Below, piece after piece: positions 11,244 to 20,868 of a stretch of 64,000 nt of DNA. Below the pieces are notes generated by a model that saw only the letters and a program-made list of their open reading frames with translations, was not told the DNA's origin and made no database searches. The position numbers and the translations under genes are program-made. Source of the DNA: an uncultured Actinomycetes bacterium (GTDB lineage Bacteria > Actinomycetota > Acidimicrobiia > IMCC26256 > PALSA-555). Within the stretch, counting starts at the first letter, position 1, and each line of letters opens with the position of its first letter. The stretch covers positions 15,462-79,461 of the forward strand of contig CAWGDC010000004.1 in the NCBI GenBank assembly GCA_963821325.1, in the 5' to 3' direction.

Positions 11244-12035
11244 GCAGCCCGACCCCCGTCTTCGACGTGCTGCGCGACGCGCTCCGGGCCGACCAGCCGG
11301 TCGCGCTCGCGACGGTCACCGACGGTCTCGGCGTCGGCGCCAAGCTCCTGGTCCGGCCCGACGGCGCGTCGGCGGGCACGCTCGGCACCGCCGACCTCGA
11401 CCGGGTGGTCGCGCCGCGACGCGCTCGGCGCCCTCGCCGCCGGCACCACCGTCACCCGCCACTACGGACCACACGGCGAGGCCCGCGAGTCCGACGTCAC
11501 CGTGTTCATCGAGGCGTTCGCGCCGCCACCCCGCATGATCATCTTCGGGGCCGTCGACTTCACGGCCGCGCTGGCCCGCACCGCGAAGCTGCTCGGTTAC
11601 CACGTCACCGTGTGCGACGCCCGCGCCGTGTTCGCCACCCGCGCGCGGTTCCCGATGGCCGACGAGGTGGTGTGCGCCTGGCCCGACCGCTTCCTGGCCG
11701 AGGACGCGGGGAGGCTCGGAGCCCGCGACGCGGTGTGCGTCCTGACCCACGACGCCAAGTTCGACGTCCCCGCCCTCGTCGCCGCGCTCGGCACCGACGT
11801 CGGCTACCTCGGCGCCATGGGCAGTCGCCGCACGCACGCCCAACGGGTCGCGCGGCTCCGGGACGCCGGCGTCGACGACGTCGGGCTCGCCCGGATCCAC
11901 GCGCCGATCGGCCTCGACCTCGGCGCGCGCAGCCCCGAGGAGACCGCGATCGCGATCTGCGCGGAGATCATCGCCCAGCGGACCGGCCGGGCCGCGCCGT
12001 CGCTGCGCGACGCCGACGGCCCCATCCACGGATGA
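11240..12035 (+). CDS. XdhC/CoxF family protein (indel near 11415)
   Basis: IFGAVDF, LTHDAKFD, YLGAMGSR, PIGLDLGARSPEETA. Confidence 0.88.
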
Positions 12036-12069
12036 CGTCCCGTCGGGTGGGCGTCGAGAGGAGCCGAGC

Positions 12070-12807
12070 ATGGACCTAGCCCTGGACGGCCGGCGCGCCG
12101 CGGTGGCCGCCGGGTCCCGCGGTCTCGGACGGGCCTGCGCGGCCGCGCTGGCCGCTGAGGGGGCGCGGGTCGCGATCTGCGGCCGGGACGCCGCGGCGGT
12201 CGAGGCCGCCGCCGCGGCCGACGGGCTCGTGCCGATCGTCGCCGACGTGTCGAGCCCCGAGGGTGCGACCGGGTTCGTCCGCGACGCCCGCGACGCGCTG
12301 GGTGGCGTCGACATCCTCGTCGCGAACGCCGGCGGGCCGCCCCCGGGCACGTTCGCGCAGATCACCGACCCCCAGCAGTACGTCGACGCGTTCGCGCTGA
12401 ACGCGCTCTCGACCATCGCGATGTGCCTCGGCACGGTGCCGGCCATGCAGGCCCAGCGCTGGGGTCGGGTCGTCGCCATCACCTCGATCGCCGTCCGCCA
12501 GCCCATCCCCACGCTGATCCTCTCCAACACCGCCCGGGCGGGCGTCACCGGCTTCCTGAAGACCCTGGCCCGCGAGGTCGCGGGCGACGGGGTCACGGTG
12601 AACTCGCTGCAACCCGGGCTGCACGACACCGACCGGATCCGGGCCCTCGGCGGCGGGGCCGACGTCGCCGCCGGGATCCCCGCCGGGCAGCTCGGCCAGC
12701 CCGCCGACTTCGGGGCGATCTGCGCGTTCCTGTGCTCACCGCACGCCGGGTTCCTCACCGGCGCGGCGATCCCGGTGGACGGCGGCGCCGACGCCGGGCT
12801 GCAGTAG
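12070..12807 (+). CDS. Short-chain dehydrogenase/reductase
   Basis: AAGSRGLG, DILVANAGGPP, SNTARAG, PVDGG. Confidence 0.9.
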   Translation: MDLALDGRRAAVAAGSRGLGRACAAALAAEGARVAICGRDAAAVEAAAAADGLVPIVADVSSPEGATGFVRDARDALGGVDILVANAGGPPPGTFAQITDPQQYVDAFALNALSTIAMCLGTVPAMQAQRWGRVVAITSIAVRQPIPTLILSNTARAGVTGFLKTLAREVAGDGVTVNSLQPGLHDTDRIRALGGGADVAAGIPAGQLGQPADFGAICAFLCSPHAGFLTGAAIPVDGGADAGLQ

Positions 12808-12811
12808 CGAC

Positions 12812-13108
12812 ATGCTCCGCCACGTCGTCTGCCTCACCTGGAACGAGCACGCCACCCCCGCCGCGGTCGACGCCGCGGCGCGGGCCCTCGCCGCGCTCCC
12901 CGCCCAGATCCCCGACCTGCGCGCCCTCCATGTCGGCCCCGACGTCGGCCTCGCCGCGGGGAACGCCGACTTCGCGATCGTCGCCGACTTCGACGACGCC
13001 GACGGCTGGCGTCGCTACCAGGAGCACCCGGCCCATCAGGCCGTCCTCGTCGAGGCGCTCCGACCGATCATCGCGGCGCGGGCCGCGGCGCAGTTCGAGT
13101 GGACCTGA
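12812..13108 (+). CDS. Dabb (stress-responsive A/B barrel) protein
   Basis: MLRHVV, YQEHPAH motifs. Confidence 0.88.
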   Translation: MLRHVVCLTWNEHATPAAVDAAARALAALPAQIPDLRALHVGPDVGLAAGNADFAIVADFDDADGWRRYQEHPAHQAVLVEALRPIIAARAAAQFEWT

Positions 13109-13133
13109 GAGGGCCGCGCGTACGCTGGGCGGG

Positions 13134-13731
13134 ATGCCCGGCCGGCGGGTGCTGACCCTCCCGAACCTCATCTCGGTGCTGCGCCTCGCGTGCGCGCCGC
13201 TGCTGTGCTGGCTGCTCCTCGGCCCCGACGACCGCGTCGCCGCGTTCGTGCTCCTCGCCGTGCTCGGCGCCACCGACTGGGTCGACGGGTGGATCGCCCG
13301 CCACTACGACCAGGGCAGCGACCTCGGCAAGATCCTCGACCCGACCGCCGACCGGGTCCTCCTGCTCACCGCCGGCGTCGCGCTGCTCCTCGAAGGCAGC
13401 CTCCCGGTCGGGGTCGGCGTCGCGGTGCTGGCCCGCGAGGTCCTCGTGGCGGGCGCCACGCTCGCGCTCGCCGCCGCCGGGGCCCGCCGCATCGACGTCC
13501 GCTGGGTCGGGAAGGCCGGGACGCTCGCCCTCATGTTCGCCCTCCCCGGCTTCCTCCTCGTCCACCTCGTCGACCCCGGCGCCGGCCGCACCGTCATCCT
13601 CTCCCTCACGTGGCTCGCCACGATCGGCGGGCTGCTCCTCGCCTACGCGCGCCACCGCCGCGTACGTCCCGGCCGCCCGGGTCGCGTTGCGGGAGGGCCG
13701 CACGGCGCGTGCCGAGCGGGTCGCGGCGTGA
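13134..13731 (+). CDS. CDP-alcohol phosphatidyltransferase (indel near 3' end)
   Basis: TLPNLIS..R and DWVDGWIAR...G..LDP.ADR signature. Confidence 0.9.
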
Positions 13732-16214
13732 AGGCCGTCATCCTCGCCGGCGGGGAAGGCACCCGGCTGCGGCCGCTCACCAGCAACCAGCCCAAGCCGA
13801 TGCTGCCGCTCGTCAACCGGCCGATGATGGAGCACATCGTCGCCCTGCTCGCCCAGCACGGCTTCGACGACGTCGTCGTCACCGTCGCGTACCTCGCCAA
13901 CCACATCCGCACCTACTTCGGGGACGGCTCCGACTTCGGGATCCGGATGCGCTACGCCACCGACGAGCAGCCGCTCGGCACCGCCGGGTCGGTGCGCAAC
14001 GCGGCCAGCGAGCTCGACGACACGTTCCTCGTCATCTCGGGTGACGTGCTCACCGACATCGACCTGACCGGGTTCGTGAAGGCCCACCGCGACAGCGGCG
14101 CGGTCGCGTCGATCGGGTTGAAGCGCGTCGACAACCCCCTCGAGTTCGGGATCGTCATCACCCGACCCGACGGGACCATCGAGCGGTTCCTCGAGAAGCC
14201 GTCCTGGGGGCAGGTGTTCTCCGACACGATCAACACCGGGATCTACGTCCTCGAGCCGCGGGTCTTCGACTTCATCCCCGACGGCGCGGTCGTCGACTTC
14301 TCCGGGGACGTGTTCCCCGCCATCCTCGACGAGGGGCTGACCCTCCACGGGCACGTCGCCGACGGCTACTGGGAGGACGTCGGCAGCATCGAGTCGTACC
14401 TGCAGGCCCACACCGACGTGCTCGACGGCCGGGTGCGCGTCGACATCGGCGGGTTCCAGGTCGCGGAGCGGGTCTGGCTCGGGGAGGGCGCCGACCTCGA
14501 CCCCGGCGCACGCGTCGACGGGCCGGTCGTGATCGGCGACAACTGCCGGGTCGAGGCCGGCGCGCACCTCGCCGAGTACACCGTGCTCGGCACCGACGTC
14601 GTCGTGCGCGGCGACGCGTCGGTCGTGCGGTCCGTGCTCCACGACCACGTGTACGTCGACCGGGGCGCCGAGCTGCGTGGCAGCGTCGTCGGCCGCTCGA
14701 GCGACGTCCGGGCCCACGCCCGGGTCGAGGAAGGCGCCGTCATCGGCGACGCGTGCTTCATCGGCCCGCACGCCGTCGTGAGCGCCGGCGTGAAGATCTA
14801 CCCGTTCAAGACGGTCGACGCCGACGCGGTCGTGAACTCGTCGATCATCTGGGAGACCCGCGGCGCCCGCACCCTCTTCGGACGGCAGGGCATCCGCGGG
14901 TTGGCGAACGTCGACGTCACCCCCGAGGTCGCGGTGCGGGTCGCGATGGCCTACGGCACCGCGCTGAAGCGCGGCTCGGTCGTCACCGCCAGCCGCGACA
15001 CCAGCCGCGTCGCGCGGGCGTTGAAGCGGGCGCTGATCGCCGGGCTGAACTTCGCCGGGGTCACGGTCGAGGACGTCGAGCTCGCCACCGTCCCCCTCAC
15101 CCGCTTCCAGGTGCGCAACAGCCACGCCCAGGGCGGCATCACCGTCCGGCTCGTCGGCGGCGACCCCGACAGCGTCGAGCTGCGCATCTTCGACGCCGAC
15201 GGCCGCGACCTCGACGCCGGCACGCAGCGGCGCATCGAGCGGCTCCTCTACCGGGAGGACTACCGGCGCGCCTTCGGCGGCGACGTCGGCGAGATCATCT
15301 ACCCGCCGCGTGCCATCGAGTTCTACGCCGCGGCGCTCGAGCGGTCCGTCGACGCCCAGCGGCTCAGCGACCGCCCGGCGAAGGTGGTCCTCGACTACTC
15401 GTTCGGCGCCGCGTCGGTCATCCTGCCCACCGTGCTCGGCAAGCTCGGCGCCGAGGTCCTCGCGGTGAACCCGTACGCCAGCACCGCGGCGGTCACCGCC
15501 GCCGAGCCCGACGTGCAGCGGGCCCGCATGGGCGAGCTCGTGCGCGCCTCGGCCAGCCAGCTCGGCTACATCGTGGAGCCGGCGGGGGAGACCGCCACGA
15601 TCGTCGACGACACCGGCCATGCCCTGAGCGACGACGAGGCGATGCTGCTGCTGCTCCGGCTGCTCGGCGAGACCAAGCCGGGCGCCCGCGTCGCGCTGCC
15701 CGTGTCCACCACCCAGGCGGCCGCGCGCGTCATGGCGGACGCCGGCGGCGAGGTCGTGTGGACCAAGCTCGACGACGCCGCGGTGATGGAGACCGCGTCG
15801 GCCGGCGGCATCGACTTCGCGGCGTCGAGCAGTGGCGGCTACATCTGGCCGGCGTTCCTCCCCGCCTACGACGCCATGGCCACCCTGGCGCAGCTCCTCG
15901 ACCTGCTCGCCGAGACCGGCTGGCGCGTGTCGGACATCGTCGCCGCCCTCCCGCCGGTGCACATCGTGCACGACACCGTGCCCACCGCGTGGGAGCGCAA
16001 GGGGGCCGTCATGCGGGAGCTCATCGAGCATCCCCCGCCCGGCGACCTCGTGCTGATCGACGGGGTCAAGGTGTCCGGGCCCGACGGATGGACGCTCGTG
16101 CTGCCCGACCCGGAGTACCCGGCGACGCACGTCTGGGCCGAGGCGGCCACCGAAGCCGACGCGACGCGCCTCGCCGCCGAGCGGACCCGCGCCGTCGCGG
16201 ACGCGCTCCGGTAG
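13728..16214 (+). CDS. Mannose-1-phosphate guanylyltransferase / LbH / phosphomannomutase-like multidomain protein
   Basis: KAVILAGGEGTRLRPLT, hexapeptide repeats, C-terminal PGM/PMM-like region (LFGRQGIRG ... IDGVKV). Confidence 0.9.
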   Translation: MKAVILAGGEGTRLRPLTSNQPKPMLPLVNRPMMEHIVALLAQHGFDDVVVTVAYLANHIRTYFGDGSDFGIRMRYATDEQPLGTAGSVRNAASELDDTFLVISGDVLTDIDLTGFVKAHRDSGAVASIGLKRVDNPLEFGIVITRPDGTIERFLEKPSWGQVFSDTINTGIYVLEPRVFDFIPDGAVVDFSGDVFPAILDEGLTLHGHVADGYWEDVGSIESYLQAHTDVLDGRVRVDIGGFQVAERVWLGEGADLDPGARVDGPVVIGDNCRVEAGAHLAEYTVLGTDVVVRGDASVVRSVLHDHVYVDRGAELRGSVVGRSSDVRAHARVEEGAVIGDACFIGPHAVVSAGVKIYPFKTVDADAVVNSSIIWETRGARTLFGRQGIRGLANVDVTPEVAVRVAMAYGTALKRGSVVTASRDTSRVARALKRALIAGLNFAGVTVEDVELATVPLTRFQVRNSHAQGGITVRLVGGDPDSVELRIFDADGRDLDAGTQRRIERLLYREDYRRAFGGDVGEIIYPPRAIEFYAAALERSVDAQRLSDRPAKVVLDYSFGAASVILPTVLGKLGAEVLAVNPYASTAAVTAAEPDVQRARMGELVRASASQLGYIVEPAGETATIVDDTGHALSDDEAMLLLLRLLGETKPGARVALPVSTTQAAARVMADAGGEVVWTKLDDAAVMETASAGGIDFAASSSGGYIWPAFLPAYDAMATLAQLLDLLAETGWRVSDIVAALPPVHIVHDTVPTAWERKGAVMRELIEHPPPGDLVLIDGVKVSGPDGWTLVLPDPEYPATHVWAEAATEADATRLAAERTRAVADALR

Positions 16215-16241
16215 CCTGCCCGGCCAGTCGAGGGAGGCCCG

Positions 16242-16625
16242 GTGGAGTACCCGTCCGACCGCAGGTACAGCGAGCAGCACGAGTGGGTCGCGGTCAGCGG
16301 CGACACGGCGACGGTCGGGATCACCGACTACGCGGAGGACGCGCTCGGCGACGTCGTCTTCGTCCAGGTCCCCGACGTCGGCCTCGAGGTCATCGCGGGC
16401 GCGTCGTGCGCCGAGGTGGAATCCACCAAGTCGGTGTCGGAGATCTACTCGCCGGTGTCCGGGGCGATCACCGCGGTGAACGAGACGCTCGCCGACGAGC
16501 CCGAGCGGCTGAACCGCGACCCGTACGGGGACGGCTGGATCTTCACCCTGACGATGGTCGACGCCGGCGAGCTCGACGCGCTCCTCGACGCCGCCGCGTA
16601 CCAGCACCTCGTGGAGCAGGCCTGA
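16242..16625 (+). CDS. gcvH: Glycine cleavage system H protein
   Basis: HEWV, GITDYA..LGDVVFV, VESTKS lipoyl-Lys, PYGDGW. Confidence 0.96.
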   Translation: MEYPSDRRYSEQHEWVAVSGDTATVGITDYAEDALGDVVFVQVPDVGLEVIAGASCAEVESTKSVSEIYSPVSGAITAVNETLADEPERLNRDPYGDGWIFTLTMVDAGELDALLDAAAYQHLVEQA

Positions 16626-16674
16626 CACCCGACGGTCGTTGAAGCCCCGCGCGGCCGTCGGTACCCTCGAGAGC

Positions 16675-17154
16675 ATGCGCTGCGCCCGCTGCGGCCACGA
16701 GAACGACCCGCCGGCCAACTTCTGCTCGTCGTGCGGCGCCGTCCTCAGCGACAGCGACGAGACCACGGCGTCCCTCGGGCTCCTCGAGAACCGCCAGGAG
16801 CTTGAAGCCCAGCTCGGGGACCTCCTGAGCGACCTGCCCGCCGACACCGGGCTGCTCGTCGTGCGGCGAGGACCCAACGCGGGCAGCACCTTCGCGCTCG
16901 ACACCGACACCACCAGCATCGGCCGCCACCCCGACTCCGACCTGTTCCTCGACGACGTCACCGTGTCCCGACGCCACGCCACCATGCGGCGCGGCGACGA
17001 CGGCTACGAGATCACCGATGTCGGGTCGCTGAACGGCACCTACGTCAACCGGGAGCGCATCGACACCGTCCCGATCAACGACATGGACGAGATCCAGATC
17101 GGCCGGTTCGTCCTCGTCTTCCTCCTCGGCGGGCGGTCCGAGGCGCGCGTGTGA
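16675..17154 (+). CDS. Zinc-ribbon + FHA domain protein (GarA/OdhI-like)
   Basis: CARC..FCSSCG, ETT motif, IGRHPDSDLFLDDVTVSRRH, GSLNGTYVN. Confidence 0.9.
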   Translation: MRCARCGHENDPPANFCSSCGAVLSDSDETTASLGLLENRQELEAQLGDLLSDLPADTGLLVVRRGPNAGSTFALDTDTTSIGRHPDSDLFLDDVTVSRRHATMRRGDDGYEITDVGSLNGTYVNRERIDTVPINDMDEIQIGRFVLVFLLGGRSEARV

Positions 17155-18020
17155 GCGCCCCCACCCGGGACCCCCAGCACCTCTCGATCGGGGAGGTGCT
17201 CAGCTCCCTCCACGACGAGTTCCCCGACGTCACCGTCTCGAAGATCCGCTTCCTCGAGAGCCAGGGGCTCATCGACCCCGAGCGCACCCCGTCGGGCTAC
17301 CGGCGCTTCTACGCCACCGACGTGGAGCGGCTCCGCTGGATCCTGGTCCAGCAGCGCGACCACTTCCTCCCGCTGCGGGTCATCAAGCAGCGCCTCGACC
17401 GCTACGGCCCGCAAGGCGCGCCGCCGCTCACGGCGAACGGCGACCAGCCCGCCGCGACACCCACGACGCGGCACGCCCCGACCCCATCGCCCACCCGGGC
17501 GACGTCGCCCCCGGCGCCGCGAGCAGCGCCGCGGCCGGCGCGTCGCTCGTCGTCGGAGCTCACCCTGCCGCTCGACGAGCTCGAAGAGCCCGAGGAGACC
17601 GACCTCGTCGCCGTGCCCGTCACCCCACCCGCCGCCGGTGCGGGGCACACACGCGAGGAGCTGTGCCGCGAGTCGGGGTTGGCGGCCGGTGCCCTCGAGG
17701 AGCTCGAGTCCTTCGGGCTCGTCGCGCCGACCGGCGGGGTGGGCGATGACGCCCGCTACGACGACGACGCCGTCGAGATCGCGCGCGTCGCGGCCGTGTT
17801 CTACCGTCACGCCGTCCGCGCCCGGCATCTGCGCATGTACCAGCACATCGCCGAGCGCGAAGCCGAGCTGTTCATCCAGGCGCTCATCCTCTACCGCCGG
17901 CAGCGCAACCCGGCGGCCCGGGCCCGCCTCGAAGCCGACCTGGTCCAGCTCGGGCAGGCCGGCGCCCGGCTGCGCGCGCTCATGCTGCGGCGGGTGCTGC
18001 GCGACGCCTGGCCCGAGTGA
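17151..18020 (+). CDS. MerR-family regulator (Rv1828/FtsR-like)
   Basis: LSIGEVL..EFPDVTVSKIRFLE..GL..P.RTPSGYR; conserved position after the FHA gene. Confidence 0.9.
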   Translation: MSAPTRDPQHLSIGEVLSSLHDEFPDVTVSKIRFLESQGLIDPERTPSGYRRFYATDVERLRWILVQQRDHFLPLRVIKQRLDRYGPQGAPPLTANGDQPAATPTTRHAPTPSPTRATSPPAPRAAPRPARRSSSELTLPLDELEEPEETDLVAVPVTPPAAGAGHTREELCRESGLAAGALEELESFGLVAPTGGVGDDARYDDDAVEIARVAAVFYRHAVRARHLRMYQHIAEREAELFIQALILYRRQRNPAARARLEADLVQLGQAGARLRALMLRRVLRDAWPE

Positions 18021-18667
18021 CCGTGCCGCTCCCGCCGCCGCGGGTGCTGCTCGACGAGGCGGCGCTGCGCCAGCGGGTGGCCGACCTCGCCGGGCGGATC
18101 GCGGCCGACCATCCCGACGGGGTGGTGCTCGTCGGGGTGCTGAAGGGGGCGCTGGTGTTCCTCGCCGACCTGGCCCGCGCCATCCGCGACGTCGACGTGG
18201 AGCTCGACTTCCTGGCGATCTCCCGGTACGCGCCCGACAGCGGCCGGGTGCGCATCCTCCAGGACCTCGTCCTCGACGTCACCGGGCGCGACGTCGTGCT
18301 CGTCGAGGACCTCATCGACACCGGCCTCACCCTCGCCTACCTGCTCGGGCATGTGCGGGAGCGGCGACCCCGCCGCGTCGAGGTGTGCGCGCTGCTCGAC
18401 CGCGCCGAGCGGCGCATCGTCCCCCTCGACGTGCGCTACGTCGGGATCGAGGTGCCCGGCGACGCGTTCCTCCTCGGCTACGGGCTGCACTACGCGGAGC
18501 GGTACCGCAACCTGCCGGTCGTCATCACGGTCGACCAGGCCACCGTCCTCGCCGATCCCGACGCCTACCTGGGCGTCTACGACGCGTCGTGGTCGGCGTC
18601 GAACGGCGACAGCACCCCGTCCCCCGTGGCGACATCGGCGGAAAGGATCCGAGAGCCCCGCTGCTAG
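18017..18667 (+). CDS. hpt: Hypoxanthine phosphoribosyltransferase
   Basis: VGVLKGA, VVLVEDLIDTGLTL PRPP motif, GYGL.Y.ERYRNLP. Confidence 0.85.
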   Translation: MTVPLPPPRVLLDEAALRQRVADLAGRIAADHPDGVVLVGVLKGALVFLADLARAIRDVDVELDFLAISRYAPDSGRVRILQDLVLDVTGRDVVLVEDLIDTGLTLAYLLGHVRERRPRRVEVCALLDRAERRIVPLDVRYVGIEVPGDAFLLGYGLHYAERYRNLPVVITVDQATVLADPDAYLGVYDASWSASNGDSTPSPVATSAERIREPRC

Positions 18668-18709
18668 GGTGACGCGTGGTCCCCGGGTGTTGGTTGAAAG
18701 GCGCCGCCA

Positions 18710-19195
18710 GTGATCCCGATGTCGCTGGTGGGGGTCCGAGTCGAGGTCCCCACGAACCAGCCCATCGTCTTGCTCCGCGAGGAGGACGGGCAGCGGTACC
18801 TCCCGATCTTCATCGGACCGCCCGAAGCGACCGCGATCGTGTACGCGCTCCAAGGCATGGACACCCCGCGGCCCATGACCCACGACCTGTTCAAGACCGT
18901 CCTCGACGAGATGGCCGTCCGCCTCCAGCGGGTCGTGATCACCGAGCTGCACGACGGCACCTTCTACGCCGAGATCGAGCTCGGCCAGAACGGCGACGTC
19001 CGCCGCATCTCCTCCCGCCCCTCCGACGCCCTCGCGCTCGCCGCCCGCTACCCCGAGCCGGTCCCGATCTACGCCGACGAGGCCGTCCTCGAGGAGGCCG
19101 GCGTCCTCTTCGACCAAGACGACGAGGAAGCCGAGATCGAGGAGTTCCGGGAGTTCCTCAACCAGGTCACCCCGGAGGACTTCGCACCCGAGTAG
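18710..19195 (+). CDS. Bifunctional nuclease family (DUF151)
   Basis: LPIFIG..EA.AI, RPMTHDL, SRPSDALALA. Confidence 0.92.
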   Translation: MIPMSLVGVRVEVPTNQPIVLLREEDGQRYLPIFIGPPEATAIVYALQGMDTPRPMTHDLFKTVLDEMAVRLQRVVITELHDGTFYAEIELGQNGDVRRISSRPSDALALAARYPEPVPIYADEAVLEEAGVLFDQDDEEAEIEEFREFLNQVTPEDFAPE

Positions 19196-19343
19196 CGCCG
19201 CCGACACCCCGACCCGCCGGCGGCGCGCTCCCGGGGTGTCGCCGCACGCGAGCACCCGGGTGATCCGGGCGCGTCCCCGCGTCGAATGCTCGGGTGATGC
19301 CGGGGACCGGCGTCACCGGGGCACGGCGGGGGAGGGGAGCGCC

Positions 19344-19747
19344 ATGAGCGCCGACACCAACACCAAGACCATCCAGACCATGTACGAGGCGTTCGGTCGC
19401 GGGGACGTGGACGCGATCCTGGGGAACCTGACCGACGTCGTCGACTGGGCCGCGGACGGGCCGCCGGTGCGGCCCCGTGGTACGGGAGCTGCACCAGCCA
19501 CGACGAGGTCCGCCAGTTCTTCGTCGCCTTCGGGTCGACCGTCGAGGTGAGCGAGTTCACGCCGGTGAGCCTCGCCGCCACCGACACCGAGGTCTTCGCG
19601 CTCATCACGTTCACCGGCACCGTCCGGGCGACGGGGAAGCCGCTGTCGATGCACCTGCACCACTACTTCCGGTTCCGCGACGGCCGGGTCGAGTGCTACC
19701 GCGGCTCCGAGGACAGCGCCCAGACCGTCGCCGCCCTCGCCGGCTGA
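19344..19747 (+). CDS. SnoaL/NTF2-like protein (indel near 19470)
   Basis: YEAFGRGDVDAIL ... HYFRFRDGRV..YRGSEDSA across two frames. Confidence 0.8.
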
Positions 19748-19839
19748 GCACCGGCGCCCCGGCCGGGCCGGCCGAGACCCCCGGGCTGGGGGCGGGCCCC
19801 CGGGGGACCGGGCGGGCCGATCGGGGCCGCCACGGTGCG

Positions 19840-19896
19840 TTGACGGCCCTCTGGCGGCCCACTACGGTCACAGCGGCGTAACTACGCCGATGTGAC
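19840..19896 (+). promoter_or_regulatory. Sigma-A-type promoter with overlapping inverted repeat upstream of MerR gene
   Basis: TTGACG-N17-TACGGT; palindrome gtcaca-gc-ggcgta-ac-tacgcc-ga-tgtgac at 19867-19896. Confidence 0.6.
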
Positions 19897-19911
19897 TCCG
19901 GGGAGGGCAGC

Positions 19912-20412
19912 GTGGGGTCCCAACGAGACGACAGCGTCGCGGCAGGCGGGGCGGAGACCGGCTTCGGGGGACCGCAGGTCTGCGCGATCGTCGGCATCTC
20001 GTACCGTCAGCTCGACTACTGGGCGCGCACCGACCTCGTGCGCCCGTCCCTCGCCGACGCGTGGGGCAGCGGCACGCAGCGGCGCTACTCGTACCGCGAC
20101 CTCGTGCGGCTGAAGGTCATCAAGAGCCTGCTCGACGCCGGCGTGAAGCTCCAGACGGCCCGCCGCGCCATCGAGTACCTGCGGGAGGACACGACGCGGT
20201 GGGAGAGCGCGAGCCTCGTCCTCGACGGGACCGACTCGGTGCTCGCCCGCGACGGCGACCACCTCGTCGACCTCGTCCGGCGCGGCCAGGGCGTGCTGAA
20301 CATCGTGCCGCTCGGTCACGTCGTCGAGGAGCTCGACGCGCGCATCAAGACGCTCGAACCAGCCGAGGCGGCGCCGGTGTCACCGCCGGCCCGCCGCGCC
20401 GCCGGGGGCTGA
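19912..20412 (+). CDS. MerR-family regulator (Rv1830-like)
   Basis: GISYRQLDYWART.LV.PS..A.GSGTQRRYSYRDL. Confidence 0.92.
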   Translation: MGSQRDDSVAAGGAETGFGGPQVCAIVGISYRQLDYWARTDLVRPSLADAWGSGTQRRYSYRDLVRLKVIKSLLDAGVKLQTARRAIEYLREDTTRWESASLVLDGTDSVLARDGDHLVDLVRRGQGVLNIVPLGHVVEELDARIKTLEPAEAAPVSPPARRAAGG

Positions 20413-20845
20413 CCATTCCCGACGCGCTCCCGCACGAGCACACCCGCTTCGCGCACAACTCCGAGCGCCAGTTCGCCAAGCTCCTCGACTTCTACGGGAT
20501 CGTCTGGGAGTACGAGCCGCGGACCTTCACCCTCGACGAGGACCGCGAGGGCCACACCGTCCAGGCCTTCACCCCCGACTTCTACCTGCCGGCCTACGAC
20601 CTCTACATCGAGATCACGACGCTGAACCAGAAGCTGGTCACGAAGAAGAACCGCAAGGCCCGGCGGCTGCGCGACCGCTACCCCGGCACGAACATCAAGG
20701 TGCTGTACCAGCGCGACTACCTGCACCTGCTCGTGAAGTACGGGCTCGAGCCACCGTCCCAGCTCGGGGCGCGCCCCTCGAGCCCACGGCGCGCCTCGAC
20801 CTGTCGCCCGACCGGGACGCGGACGAGCAGGCCGAGACCGCCTGA
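20409..20845 (+). CDS. Conserved PD-(D/E)XK-like nuclease-fold protein; start and 3' end uncertain
   Basis: FAHNSERQFAKLLDFY.I.WEYEP..F ... FTPDFYLP..DLYIEITT; host-like codon usage; probable indel near 20775. Confidence 0.7.
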
Positions 20846-20868
20846 GCCGGGCGTAGGCTCCGGCGCCG

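Noticed and set aside
12423-16985. Very long ORFs of 1263 aa (+) and 1305 aa (-)
   Set aside because: The + ORF is an indel-caused fusion of pgsA with the guanylyltransferase plus upstream shadow sequence. The - ORF is an antisense shadow caused by high GC3.
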